A stretch of DNA of 50,190 nt from Candidatus Hodarchaeota archaeon (GCA_016839785.1 JAEOTQ010000135.1:1-50190), one strand, 5' to 3'; shown: positions 37,381 through 47,620, numbered from the stretch's first letter. Numbers and translations: made by a program. The notes: generated by a model from the sequence alone, not told the origin.

Positions 37381-38409
37381 ATGAAAATTAATTTTATTCT
37401 TGATATGGAACAAGGGTTAGTAGGTAGTGGTGTGTACAATTCTGCTGTACGTCTTGCTAAACGGCTTGAATCCTTTGGAATTAAGACTGATATTAACGGA
37501 AAAAATCCTCCTTACGACATCTATCACTTCCACACAGCCCTACCTCAATCATTATTGAAAGCCCGAATTTTAAACAAGCGAATTGGTCGAAAATACAAAA
37601 TTATAATGACAGGACACACTACTATCGAGGATTTTCGCAATAGCTTTCTTTTTTCTAATAGAATAGACTATGCCTTGACTCCCTACTTAACAAAATATTA
37701 TTCTTATGCAGATTACCTCGTTGCTGTTAGTGATTATAACAAAATGCTACTACAACGATATGGGTTCAATCCTGCCACTATTCGTGTTGTTTCGAATGGT
37801 ATCGACCTCTCTACAAATCGGAAGAACTCAATAATACGTAAAAACGCACGGAAGCACCTTGGTTTAAGAGAAGATGAATTTCTAATTATTTCCGTAGGCC
37901 TATGTATTTATCGTAAAGCACCTGATATCTTCACTGAAACTGCTTTAATTACCCCTAACCATCGCTTCATGTGGATTGGTAAATATCTTCCTTTAGGAAC
38001 AATTGCTCATTCACCCTATCTAAGAAAACATTTTAAGAAGGCAAGATCTGCCTCAAATATTCAGTTCACAGGTTATATCTCGAAAAAAACACTAGACGCC
38101 CTTTGGAATGCATCCGATATTTTTCTTTACGTAAGTCGAGAAGAGAATCAAGGCATAGCATTACTTGAAAGTATCGCTTATGGAAATATTCCTGTGATAA
38201 GAGATCACCCAGTGTTTAATTGGTTAACAGATGAGAAAGATTGTTTGAAAGGGAACACACCAGAGGAATTTTCAGCTCATATCAATAAACTCGCCTCAAA
38301 CAACCCACTTCAAAAATCATTAGTGAAACAGGGTAACCTTACATTAAAGAAACATGATATAAATAATTCTATACGTACACTGGCTGACTTATACTCTGAG
38401 CTAGTTTAA
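37381..38409 (+). CDS. GT4 glycosyltransferase, diglucosyl-diacylglycerol synthase (Dgs/CpoA)-like
   Basis: GSGV..S, HTT.EDFRNSF, SNGID, RK.PD.F, EENQGIALLE; start placed at ATG 37381. Confidence 0.88.
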   Translation: MKINFILDMEQGLVGSGVYNSAVRLAKRLESFGIKTDINGKNPPYDIYHFHTALPQSLLKARILNKRIGRKYKIIMTGHTTIEDFRNSFLFSNRIDYALTPYLTKYYSYADYLVAVSDYNKMLLQRYGFNPATIRVVSNGIDLSTNRKNSIIRKNARKHLGLREDEFLIISVGLCIYRKAPDIFTETALITPNHRFMWIGKYLPLGTIAHSPYLRKHFKKARSASNIQFTGYISKKTLDALWNASDIFLYVSREENQGIALLESIAYGNIPVIRDHPVFNWLTDEKDCLKGNTPEEFSAHINKLASNNPLQKSLVKQGNLTLKKHDINNSIRTLADLYSELV

Positions 38410-38482
38410 AGAGCATAGGGAAAATATCAGGTAGAAAAAAATGGATTGAAGAAAAATAAATTTCTTCAACAGAGTTTTTTGA

Positions 38483-41377
38483 TTAAGATTTATTGATTCT
38501 AAACATAAGGCCTGCTGCAGCTAATCCCAAAGCAACAAAGATGCCAAATCCACCAACACTGACAAGGATATCAAAGAATCCTACTTGGTTGGGTTTTTCT
38601 ATATCTCGTTCTACTACCTCAAATTCAATTGAACCGATTGATTCTAAGCTATTCGAAACAAAAATCTCAAGATTATAATTCTTGGGTTCCATTGATATTC
38701 CAACAACAAGATCTATGTAATACACTCCCAGTTGTTCATAAACAATTAAGTTTCCTCCTGGACCTTCTTCTGATAACGAGGAGAATAAATCCAATCCTCC
38801 AATTTGTTTCAAAGTCTCAGAAAGTTGAATAGTAAAATTAATAGTTAATTGTTCACCTTGCTTTATGGTAGGTATTGTACTAGAAGATATAATTTCAAGG
38901 GTTCCCTGAATTGAAATTACTAATGGAGATATTCCCACTTCAGCAAAACTTGTCGCATTCTGTGAATAAGGAGTATTCCACCGAATTTTAAATGTGTAAG
39001 TTCCGCTTTTAATGTTCGGATTGATAGAGTTAAACCAAACGATGGTATTACCAATGTTATGATAATGAAATTCTTGAGTAATATCAATTTCTCCGGCCGT
39101 GGTGCCAGTTTCATCCAGGAAAAGTCGTAAGTCTATATCGAAAATAGGAATATCCAATATAGAGCTTATATTTCGATCGGGATAGTTCGTTTCTAACGTA
39201 TTGTTTATATTCAGGAACTCCAACGAAATATTTCCACCTAAATAATCAGTTAGGTAAAAGGATGTTCCAGGTAAATTTTCCTCTGTTACATTTATTGTGA
39301 ACTCTACCCTAGGTAATGTAATTGGAATTTCAAGAGAAATACTTGATTGACCTAGTCCACTAAGGGTCGGATTCGTTGCTATTAAAGAAACTGAGATATT
39401 TGCTGATATATTTCCAAATATTCCTCGACTTGGTACTTGAAAATTAACAGCAACTGATTGAGTATTATTTAGAGGAGAAGTGAAATTACCATCAATTACC
39501 GAATCACCTTCATTATTAAACGGAATGATCCCAAAGACATCCCAATTGATAATTTCCTCAGATTTCCAAGTGCTTTCCCATTGATAAGACGAATAAGCCG
39601 AACCTATTATTAAGTACTCAAAATCATACCATTCAGTAGGGGTAGAATTCGCTTCTAGATATCCTAAAACGGTTAGATTATCTCCAGGAGAGATTGATTC
39701 TATTTCTGTCTCTTGCTCAAAATATTCTGTGAATACGGATTCATTAGCTACTGTTTTATTAGTTGAACCTCGTAGAAGATAATAATCTTGAATGACAAAA
39801 TTAATTTGATCTTCAACAATGAAAGAAATGTTAATTGTCTTCGTCTGAACTTTAGTGGGAGGTTCTCCTGTGTCTATTTGATGGATTTTAAAGATGAAAA
39901 TCCAAGAACCCATATACACCTGATGTGTAGGTAGTTGTATTCTAACTTCAGCCTGAGCTTCTGATGCCACACTTGTATTTTCTGGAGCGTCAATGTCTAT
40001 TTTAAAGGTACTCGATAAATTTTCTCTAAAACTTTGATGGAACCATGTAGAACTGATATCTCCTGTGATATGAGATTCTATATTCGAGATTGGACCTGTG
40101 TTAAGCTCAGGCTCAGTTACAATATTAATTACGATATTGTCAAGTAACCAAAACGATGTTTTATTGTTTGCATATGAATTCGCATCTGGTAATATAAATC
40201 TTAAAGTTTCTGTGGATGATGGCATTAAATCGTCAGTTTTAAATATAAATTCTGCTTTCTCCCATTCATGACTGCCTGAATTGAGAGTTTCATTTTTCCA
40301 TGTGTTTTCCGAACCATATGAAAAAATCAATTTAGGAGGGGCTTCAGCTAATATAAGAGAATCCAATCTACCAGTATAATAGCCATCCGCATTAACACCA
40401 GTATCCATTCCCACGAAGATTGCCTTTACTGAAGTAGTATTATCAGGTAAAGTATAGCGTAATATTTGATCGGTATATCCTTTCTCATCTGGTTCAAAGG
40501 AGCGTGAATCTTCCGAGCTCGAGGTAATAAAACTGATTAAATCTCCACTTATATTAAACGCCTCTAAGCGAAGAAACCAGTAATTATCATCAGTATGACC
40601 AGTAGCTCGTGCTGATAAGGTAATTGTACGACCAGATGTAAGTCCAGTGATTGTTTGATTCACTAGATATCCCTCGGTTGCATTTATACTGGCATAATAA
40701 TCTCCTTGACTTGCATTCAATGGATTATTGATAATCGTCACATTACCTGGAGTTGTCCATCCAGTTAGATTTCCCGTTTCAAAACTTGGATTTATAAGTA
40801 AATTTTCACCTTGAGATAAATAATCAAAGGTAACTCGGTATTTAGTGTTTTCTTGTAAAATCGATTTGTTATTATAGACTTCTACGGCATTTAAATCAGG
40901 ATCAAAACCCTCTGTGATATTTAGGAATCCCTCTGTAGCCGTAAAAAAATCGAAACCAGCGTTTTCCCAATCATCTGTAGTTTCTGCATCAAAGTTCGGA
41001 TCAGTAAACACATCCTGATAATAGCTATTGAAATCAAAACTTACTTCGCTAATTGGAGATTCTAACCGCCATTCAAGCGACCCATTCATTTCATCAGTAC
41101 CACTTTCAGCTGTTATAGTCACCCAGTCTCCAGGAGCGTATGTATCGGCATCTGTGGTTAATGTTGTTCGTCCATTAGTGACTTGAGAGACTGTTTTGAG
41201 GTTAGGGATATTATCGTTAGATATTTGGTTATCGTTATCCTGAGTCAGCTGAACTTGTTTCCACACGTCTTGGTTGAAGGAAAAAGAAGTCTGTTGGGTT
41301 TGACCATAGATTCCGACAATAAACAGCAAAATTATACTTAATGGGATGATCTTATTTTGGATTTTCATTGATTTCAC
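38483..41377 (-). CDS. Large secreted, C-terminally anchored surface protein with CBM-like jelly-roll domains
   Basis: Signal peptide; acidic, S/T/N-rich with many N-x-S/T; NLLINPSFETGNLTGW and DPNFD...W repeats; C-terminal TM plus basic tail. Confidence 0.75.
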   Translation of the reverse strand: MKSMKIQNKIIPLSIILLFIVGIYGQTQQTSFSFNQDVWKQVQLTQDNDNQISNDNIPNLKTVSQVTNGRTTLTTDADTYAPGDWVTITAESGTDEMNGSLEWRLESPISEVSFDFNSYYQDVFTDPNFDAETTDDWENAGFDFFTATEGFLNITEGFDPDLNAVEVYNNKSILQENTKYRVTFDYLSQGENLLINPSFETGNLTGWTTPGNVTIINNPLNASQGDYYASINATEGYLVNQTITGLTSGRTITLSARATGHTDDNYWFLRLEAFNISGDLISFITSSSEDSRSFEPDEKGYTDQILRYTLPDNTTSVKAIFVGMDTGVNADGYYTGRLDSLILAEAPPKLIFSYGSENTWKNETLNSGSHEWEKAEFIFKTDDLMPSSTETLRFILPDANSYANNKTSFWLLDNIVINIVTEPELNTGPISNIESHITGDISSTWFHQSFRENLSSTFKIDIDAPENTSVASEAQAEVRIQLPTHQVYMGSWIFIFKIHQIDTGEPPTKVQTKTINISFIVEDQINFVIQDYYLLRGSTNKTVANESVFTEYFEQETEIESISPGDNLTVLGYLEANSTPTEWYDFEYLIIGSAYSSYQWESTWKSEEIINWDVFGIIPFNNEGDSVIDGNFTSPLNNTQSVAVNFQVPSRGIFGNISANISVSLIATNPTLSGLGQSSISLEIPITLPRVEFTINVTEENLPGTSFYLTDYLGGNISLEFLNINNTLETNYPDRNISSILDIPIFDIDLRLFLDETGTTAGEIDITQEFHYHNIGNTIVWFNSINPNIKSGTYTFKIRWNTPYSQNATSFAEVGISPLVISIQGTLEIISSSTIPTIKQGEQLTINFTIQLSETLKQIGGLDLFSSLSEEGPGGNLIVYEQLGVYYIDLVVGISMEPKNYNLEIFVSNSLESIGSIEFEVVERDIEKPNQVGFFDILVSVGGFGIFVALGLAAAGLMFRINKS

Positions 41378-41573
41378 AGCAATCGATCTTTTTCAAGATA
41401 ATTTACAATTCTCTGGGAAGACTGGTCTTCCAAGATCTATCTGGAGGGTTTTAGCAAATGGTTTTTAACTTTACCAATCTCTTAGTTCCAAATCGTGAAT
41501 ATTTGTACCTCGGAAAATTGGATTTTATATCAAAAATTTTAAGAAATTTCAATTACCAAATGACATTTAGAAT

Positions 41574-43415
41574 ATGTCTGAACCTCTCCTCCTCCTGAAT
41601 CAGCGAATCAAAGCAGGGAAACAAGCACTTTTCGAAAAAAAATTCGAAACGGCGATCAAAGCATTTGAAGAAGCTACCATCATTGGAAAAAACATATCCC
41701 CAGCCTTGGATAATATTGTCGGAATTTCTTTTGGGAATATTGCACTAGCATTAGCCCTGCAAGGCAAAACCGACCTTGTATTAGACTATATACTCCGAGC
41801 AGCTGATCATTTAGCGAAAATAACTGAGAAACCCCTTGTTTATACCTCAATTCTACATGGTCTAGGATTAGACTTTCAGAAACTTAACTTACATGACTCT
41901 TCAATAATTCTACTAAAGATAGCCCTAGATTTAGCTCGTAAGAATGCACCTGAACAGGATACAAGACTGATATCCATTATAACCCGACAACTTGCATTTT
42001 CATATAGTGAAATTAACAATCTATACGCTTCAGCAAAGCTATTTCGAATCTCAGGTGATTTAGAAGAACAAGCATCGACAGCAGTCGATTTATATAAGAA
42101 CTCAGCTTATCTATATTACAAAGATAGAGTAAGAGAAGAAGCACTTAATATTCTTGAAACTGCGTTTGATAAAGCGGGAATTATTGGTGATAGCGATAAT
42201 CAGAATGAAATTGCACGATTTCAAGTTACGATATCTTATGAAATCATGAAAAAATTTGCTACACACGGATTATCCCAAAGAGCTGTTGCTTACTCAGAAA
42301 TTTGTGTTACAAAAGCTCGTTACCTGAAAGATCACGTTTCATCTGCCAAAATTCTCTATGAGACTGCTTCAATATTACAATCTATAGGTAAAATCTGGCA
42401 GAGGAATAATCTCTTAAAACAGGTTATAATAGAAGATACATCACATGAAACGGAACGAATCCGTCAACGTGCTATTTTACTCTTAGCGGTTCATTTCTTG
42501 GAAATTGAGAATTTCAGTGAAGCGCATTTCTACCTCGAACAACTATCATTGGAAAAAATAAATGAAATAAATCCTCGACTATCACAAAAATTAACGGAAG
42601 TAGCTAAAAGCCTGGAAAAATCACAACAACGTGGAATGATACAGACAGATCTTCGATTCTCAAGAAGCGATTTAGATTTACCTGTGGATCAGCTTCTTAA
42701 GGAAGAAGATGAAGAATTAATGATCTTTACAGCCCCAGAGAAGCCCTCTTCGCTAGAATTAGAGGAATTAAATTTCAACCTGCAAACCAGTCAATTAGGA
42801 GACCAGCTCAAACCCCCATCAGTTGAATCTTTGGAAGCATTATTCGATACGGAAGTCAGCTTGCCTGTAGAACCTGTACAAACGTCTGAAATTATTCAAG
42901 AAGTGGACGTGACTCTACCTGAAAGGCCAATTACAACTGAAAATATCGAAGTGCAACCTACTAGAGAATCACAAATAGACAGAGTTTTTAGTGCTCATCA
43001 GGAGGCTACAAATTCCCATCTACCAAGTTCTACCGAAATTTTTGATTTGATACAGCCCTCTCATCAATCTATTATTCATATTACTGATGAATCCGCAGGT
43101 GAACCTGAAGGTAATATTCGATACGAGGTTGGTCGACGATTACAAAAGGCAGGATGGTCTGTTCATCTAAATTTTTCCACTGACATTCATCAAGGAGCGG
43201 AACCAGATATTCTCGCAGAGAAAGGGTTAATAAGGAAGAGAAAAAAGCTGATATTTTTTGCAGAACATGTTCCTGATGCAGAAATTTGTTCTTTCCTTTT
43301 ACAATCAAATCCTGAGGCGGGAGAAAGAATTATTTACCTTCTTGAAGGAAATCCACACGAAGCGGATGTTTCCTCTCTCGTCAAAGTTATTAACCGAATT
43401 GATCAGTTATTCTGA
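41574..43415 (+). CDS. TPR-like solenoid, acidic linker and degenerate PD-(D/E)xK-like C-terminal domain
   Basis: Helical repeats in the first ~350 aa; low-complexity E/P/S linker; EVGRRLQKAGWSV...EPDILAEK. Confidence 0.65.
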   Translation: MSEPLLLLNQRIKAGKQALFEKKFETAIKAFEEATIIGKNISPALDNIVGISFGNIALALALQGKTDLVLDYILRAADHLAKITEKPLVYTSILHGLGLDFQKLNLHDSSIILLKIALDLARKNAPEQDTRLISIITRQLAFSYSEINNLYASAKLFRISGDLEEQASTAVDLYKNSAYLYYKDRVREEALNILETAFDKAGIIGDSDNQNEIARFQVTISYEIMKKFATHGLSQRAVAYSEICVTKARYLKDHVSSAKILYETASILQSIGKIWQRNNLLKQVIIEDTSHETERIRQRAILLLAVHFLEIENFSEAHFYLEQLSLEKINEINPRLSQKLTEVAKSLEKSQQRGMIQTDLRFSRSDLDLPVDQLLKEEDEELMIFTAPEKPSSLELEELNFNLQTSQLGDQLKPPSVESLEALFDTEVSLPVEPVQTSEIIQEVDVTLPERPITTENIEVQPTRESQIDRVFSAHQEATNSHLPSSTEIFDLIQPSHQSIIHITDESAGEPEGNIRYEVGRRLQKAGWSVHLNFSTDIHQGAEPDILAEKGLIRKRKKLIFFAEHVPDAEICSFLLQSNPEAGERIIYLLEGNPHEADVSSLVKVINRIDQLF

Positions 43416-43452
43416 AACTCAATTGAGAACTGGGAGGGAAATTGTTCTTTCA

Positions 43453-44091
43453 TTACTGAAAGGTTTTCTCTAATAGGTTTTCAACCTTTTGACGCATTTC
43501 TTCAATTGTCCCTTCACTAGTAAGAGTATGAAGTAGATTTTGAGAAGAATAATAGTCAATCAATGGTTTAGTTTGATTTTCATACGTATTCAGCCGTTTC
43601 TTTACTGTTTCCTCCGTATCATCAGATCGCTGAAACAATTCGCCTGAACATTTATCACACGATCCTTCTTTTAAGGGGGGATTAAATTCAATATGAAAAA
43701 TCGCACCGCACTCTTTACAGGTTCGTCTACCAGTTATTCTCTGAACTAATAACCCATAATCAACATTAATATTGATAACCAGATCGATATCAGTTATTTT
43801 TACTAGTTCATTTGCTTGAGCTATGTTTCTAGGATAACCATCTAATATGAATCCTTTGGAACTATCATCTTTCATTAGTCGTTCTTTTAATAGATCAAGT
43901 ACAATCGCATCAGGTACCAAATTTCCAGTATTCATAAACTCTTTAGCTTTTATTCCAAGAACAGTTTCTCGTTTCACTGCATCACGTAGCAAGTCACCAG
44001 TGCTAATTTGTGGAATTTGATGTTTTTGAGTAATAAATTTAGCTTGGGTACCTTTTCCTGAACCAGGTGCGCCTAAAACAATTAACTTCAT
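43453..44091 (-). CDS. adk: Adenylate kinase (long, zinc-lid type)
   Basis: GAPGSGKGTQA, STGDLLR, LDGYPR, CKEC...CDKC, RSDD. Confidence 0.98.
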   Translation of the reverse strand: MKLIVLGAPGSGKGTQAKFITQKHQIPQISTGDLLRDAVKRETVLGIKAKEFMNTGNLVPDAIVLDLLKERLMKDDSSKGFILDGYPRNIAQANELVKITDIDLVININVDYGLLVQRITGRRTCKECGAIFHIEFNPPLKEGSCDKCSGELFQRSDDTEETVKKRLNTYENQTKPLIDYYSSQNLLHTLTSEGTIEEMRQKVENLLEKTFQ

Positions 44092-44106
44092 CTAATAGCC
44101 CTATCC

Positions 44107-44832
44107 TCAATTTGATGCGATTTCATTATTCAGTTTCAGTAAAATGTCTCGTGCTTTCGAGGCATGTTGTTCATTAATTACAAAAACAATAACAAGGTGA
44201 TCCTCATGGAGTACCATTGTGTCATATATACTTATTGCTTGATCCGCTAGGAGAGAAGATATATGCGCAAGAATACCTGGAATTTCAGCTGCTTGTTGTG
44301 GTAACATCAGCCTTAGAAGACTAAGTGAATCATGTAATTTTAAGAAGTCAACTCCAGAGAATGAACTGATAGTTTCTAAGAAACCAGTCTCAGCCATCTT
44401 TTTGACATAGAGCTCGACACTATGATGGCTTAAATAAGCGGAATTAAGATCATCTTTCTTAATCTGTTTGAAAATTATATTTAGTATTTCTTTACTATCA
44501 ATATCTTTATTTAAATTGATCTTATAGTGTTTTAAACCATCTAGTACTTCTGTTGTACCCCTTTTGAGTACACTTTGTACCCGTTTCACTCCAAGAAATT
44601 CCTCTTGTTGTTCACGAAGCCTTTTAAGATATCGTGTAATCGCTACAGCCACATTCCCTTCTAGTTTAACGGGATCTTTATCAGAAAAATCTTCGTTATC
44701 AATAAGCTGTGCTTTAATTTTTTTAGCAATTTCTCGTTGAGCTCTCTTCCGTTGCTGAAGTTCATGAACAAGAGAGGGATCTTGATCTAAAATTTCATGT
44801 ACAATTTTAGAGACAGACTTGTCCGTTGCCAT
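44107..44832 (-). CDS. Archaeal ACT-domain-containing protein with an N-terminal helical domain
   Basis: SV..IV.EIL...P, AV.I.RY, PGILAHI..LLA...ISI. Confidence 0.7.
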   Translation of the reverse strand: MATDKSVSKIVHEILDQDPSLVHELQQRKRAQREIAKKIKAQLIDNEDFSDKDPVKLEGNVAVAITRYLKRLREQQEEFLGVKRVQSVLKRGTTEVLDGLKHYKINLNKDIDSKEILNIIFKQIKKDDLNSAYLSHHSVELYVKKMAETGFLETISSFSGVDFLKLHDSLSLLRLMLPQQAAEIPGILAHISSLLADQAISIYDTMVLHEDHLVIVFVINEQHASKARDILLKLNNEIASN

Positions 44833-45227
44833 CTCAATTCTCCATACAAAGTTTATTTATGATGATATTTAGCCAACTTAAAGCGATATTAGAAAATTTG
44901 AAAAATAAATCACTAAACATTGTTTATTACCTAAATTCTTCTGATTACATATAGAAACATATGCTAATGCTTCAAATTCGCCTGTATACGCCATGTGTTG
45001 GCTTCTTACATTTGTTTTTATTTTTTCTGAAAAAAATTACGAGTATTGAATTTTTATACGTAATTCGAATGTCTGGGGCAAGAAAAAAGAATAATTCCTA
45101 TAATCTAAGGTGAAGGGTGTGGATTTTTCATATTACACCCTATTTTACCAAAACCATAATAATATTCGATGATCTGAACAATCTAAGGATTAATGCAACA
45201 TAGAATCGAATAGACTAGTTCTTTCTA

Positions 45228-45983
45228 TTGAGGATCACATTATTGATAAAAAGTAAAATCATGGTAGTAATACCTGCTTATAATGAAGAGCTATCTCTGT
45301 CAAGAGTGATTCAAAAGTTAGAAATATTCTTTACAAGAAAACAAATCTTAGTGGTTGATGATGGGTCAATCGATAGCACACTTTTGATTGCAAAGCAGCT
45401 TGGAGTTGAAATTGTCAGAAACGTTCGTAATCAGGGAAAGGGGTTTGCATTACGAAAAGCATTTCTGATTATTATCTCTAAGATGCCAAATATTGAGTGG
45501 ATATTAACTCTGGATGCTGATGGACAACATAGTCCTGAGGATATTCCAAAACTTATATCAAAAACTAATAGCTTTCCTAATATTGGTATAATCAATGGAA
45601 AGAGACAGTATCGGAAAATGCCGATTTTTAACCGAATATCAAACATTCTAACTTCAAATTGGTGCAATTTTTGGTTGAACTGGGATATCGACGACCTTCA
45701 ATGTGGGTTTCGGCTGTACAATGTTAAAAATCTGAAAGACATTATAAACTATGGATTAACATGTAGAAAATTTGATTTGGAAACTGAATTGTTATTTATT
45801 GCTTGGTTACTGGATATAAAACTCTGTCAAATTCCTATCACAACAATGTATGCCAATCTACAACGTCGATCTCGGATAAAGCCGACATTTGACACTCTTC
45901 GGTGGATTCGCTTGGGAATAAAATTTGGATTTAAGCTCGAGTTTTTTCACAAAATCTGGTTGACAAGGAAAATTAAGTACTAG
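45228..45983 (+). CDS. GT2 glycosyltransferase (dolichol-phosphate mannose synthase-like)
   Basis: IPAYNEE, VVDDGS.D.T, N.GKG.A, LDADGQH, D.QCGFR. Confidence 0.92.
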   Translation: MRITLLIKSKIMVVIPAYNEELSLSRVIQKLEIFFTRKQILVVDDGSIDSTLLIAKQLGVEIVRNVRNQGKGFALRKAFLIIISKMPNIEWILTLDADGQHSPEDIPKLISKTNSFPNIGIINGKRQYRKMPIFNRISNILTSNWCNFWLNWDIDDLQCGFRLYNVKNLKDIINYGLTCRKFDLETELLFIAWLLDIKLCQIPITTMYANLQRRSRIKPTFDTLRWIRLGIKFGFKLEFFHKIWLTRKIKY

Positions 45984-46151
45984 AAAATTTGAAACAAACA
46001 ATGAAGAGTCCTACCTTAAATAACTCAGATTATATTCATCCAGATCTATTTCGATTTTTTTATATAGTGGATGAAATACACTTATTTCAAATACATAAAG
46101 GATGGAATCAGAATATCAGATAATTATCGGGCAGGACAGGGGATTCAATTT

Positions 46152-46700
46152 ATGAAACAGAAATTAGTACTAAAATTAGTTCTTTTAGGTGACCCTGGCG
46201 TGGGTAAAACTTCTTTAATTTCCCAATTTGTCCATGCCAAGTTCAGAAATTCGTACCAACTGACAGTTGGCTTAGATATTTCATCTAAACAAATTAAATT
46301 GGATGATGGTCGTACAGTCACACTTAGCATCAATGATATAGGCGGACAAGCTCGTTTTGCTGCTATACGCCATATGTTCTTTAAAGGTGCTCATTTAGCT
46401 ATGTTTGTATTTGATGTAACCAGAGCTGAAACTCTCAGAAATATCGTCGATCCTTGGCATAAAGAACTCATGGAATTTTGCAGTCAACCTGATTCTACAA
46501 GATCTGCAATACAAACAATATTGGTAGGTAATAAAGCAGATTTAGAAGATTATCGTATGGTGGAGGATGACGAGGGTGAAGCGCTAGCGAGAAAGATCGG
46601 AGCCCAAGGTTACATTTCAGCCTCAGCTAAAGAAAATCTACAAGTAGATGAAGCTTTTAAACGTTTAGCCCAATCTTTCTTTGATCAGGTTCGTACCTGA
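46152..46700 (+). CDS. Rab-like small GTPase
   Basis: G1 GDPGVGKTS, G2 YQLTVGLD, G3 DIGGQ, RF.....FFKGA, G4 GNKAD, G5 SAK; start placed at ATG 46152; no C-terminal Cys. Confidence 0.93.
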   Translation: MKQKLVLKLVLLGDPGVGKTSLISQFVHAKFRNSYQLTVGLDISSKQIKLDDGRTVTLSINDIGGQARFAAIRHMFFKGAHLAMFVFDVTRAETLRNIVDPWHKELMEFCSQPDSTRSAIQTILVGNKADLEDYRMVEDDEGEALARKIGAQGYISASAKENLQVDEAFKRLAQSFFDQVRT

Positions 46701-46727
46701 ATGATTTAGGTAAAAATTCAACAAAAG

Positions 46728-47603
46728 ATGATTCCTTTGGACATTGACTACAGTTTTTTGGATCAATTTCCTACTTACGTTTTCACAGAATTAATTAGTA
46801 AATGGCAAAATTCGCCCTTAGAACTAGAACCAAGTGGATTATTATCAGATAGCAATATCGAGACAACTAAATCAATTCTTCTTTCCCTAAGTTCCAATAG
46901 ATTGAGTCACCTCCAAAAGCTTGCGGCTACATTAAACCTCACAGATGTGTGGTGGCATGCTTATCAGCTCTCAAATCCGCTATCTTTATCAAAAATCCGG
47001 TTAAGACCGCAAGGAATCGATCTTTCCAAACATTTACCTGAAGATGCTAGTAAAATAACTGCTAAATTCATGTTAATAGACCATTGTGAGCATGCACTCC
47101 TTTTAGTTATCGATTTTTCATCCAGAACTAGATCTTTGCGTGATTGTTATCGGTTTATCTATCTACCTTCTATTAACAAGATTTTACTTGAAAAAAAGGA
47201 TCTTGCCGTGGATTTATTGAAAACTGAACTACTTCCTTACTTAAGTTCAACCCCGGAAAAGTATTCATCAAAACCTATCAGAGCACGGTTGATTAAAAAA
47301 TTAGCCATCTCACCAGATGACCCCCAACACCGATTGAATATCTCTTTTCTAAAAATTAGAATCTCTCTGGAAACATCTGGAATAGAGGGCCTTCAACACA
47401 TCATTATCGAAGGTGAAAATGTAATTCGAGGAGTGGAGACATTGGAGCAGAGACATGAAATCTCCTTAAAGTTTATGGAATCGGGACCATGGGTTGGAGT
47501 AGGAACAACAGATTTCCATATTGAAATACAAAAGGGCATTAAGATTCATCAGCTAGAAACTGATACCTTTATGAGACTTAATACAGTCCTGAATTGGTAT
47601 TGA
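46728..47603 (+). CDS. Hypothetical protein; motif pattern reminiscent of CENP-N/Chl4
   Basis: 291-aa ORF 27 bp after the Rab-like gene; the ORF is secure, the family call is speculative (see findings). Confidence 0.75.
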   Translation: MIPLDIDYSFLDQFPTYVFTELISKWQNSPLELEPSGLLSDSNIETTKSILLSLSSNRLSHLQKLAATLNLTDVWWHAYQLSNPLSLSKIRLRPQGIDLSKHLPEDASKITAKFMLIDHCEHALLLVIDFSSRTRSLRDCYRFIYLPSINKILLEKKDLAVDLLKTELLPYLSSTPEKYSSKPIRARLIKKLAISPDDPQHRLNISFLKIRISLETSGIEGLQHIIIEGENVIRGVETLEQRHEISLKFMESGPWVGVGTTDFHIEIQKGIKIHQLETDTFMRLNTVLNWY

Positions 47604-47620
47604 GCGATGAAAGGTAAAAT

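Noticed and set aside
44849-44944. C/D-box sRNA (ATGATGA ... CTGA)
   Set aside because: Spacing is longer than typical, no clear internal D'/C' boxes are present, and such motifs arise by chance in AT-rich DNA.
45114-45141. AGGGTGT/ACACCCT hairpin; also GGAAGAC-TG-GTCTTCC at 41416-41431
   Set aside because: Only 7-bp arms, single occurrences and no linked regulator; not distinguishable from chance.
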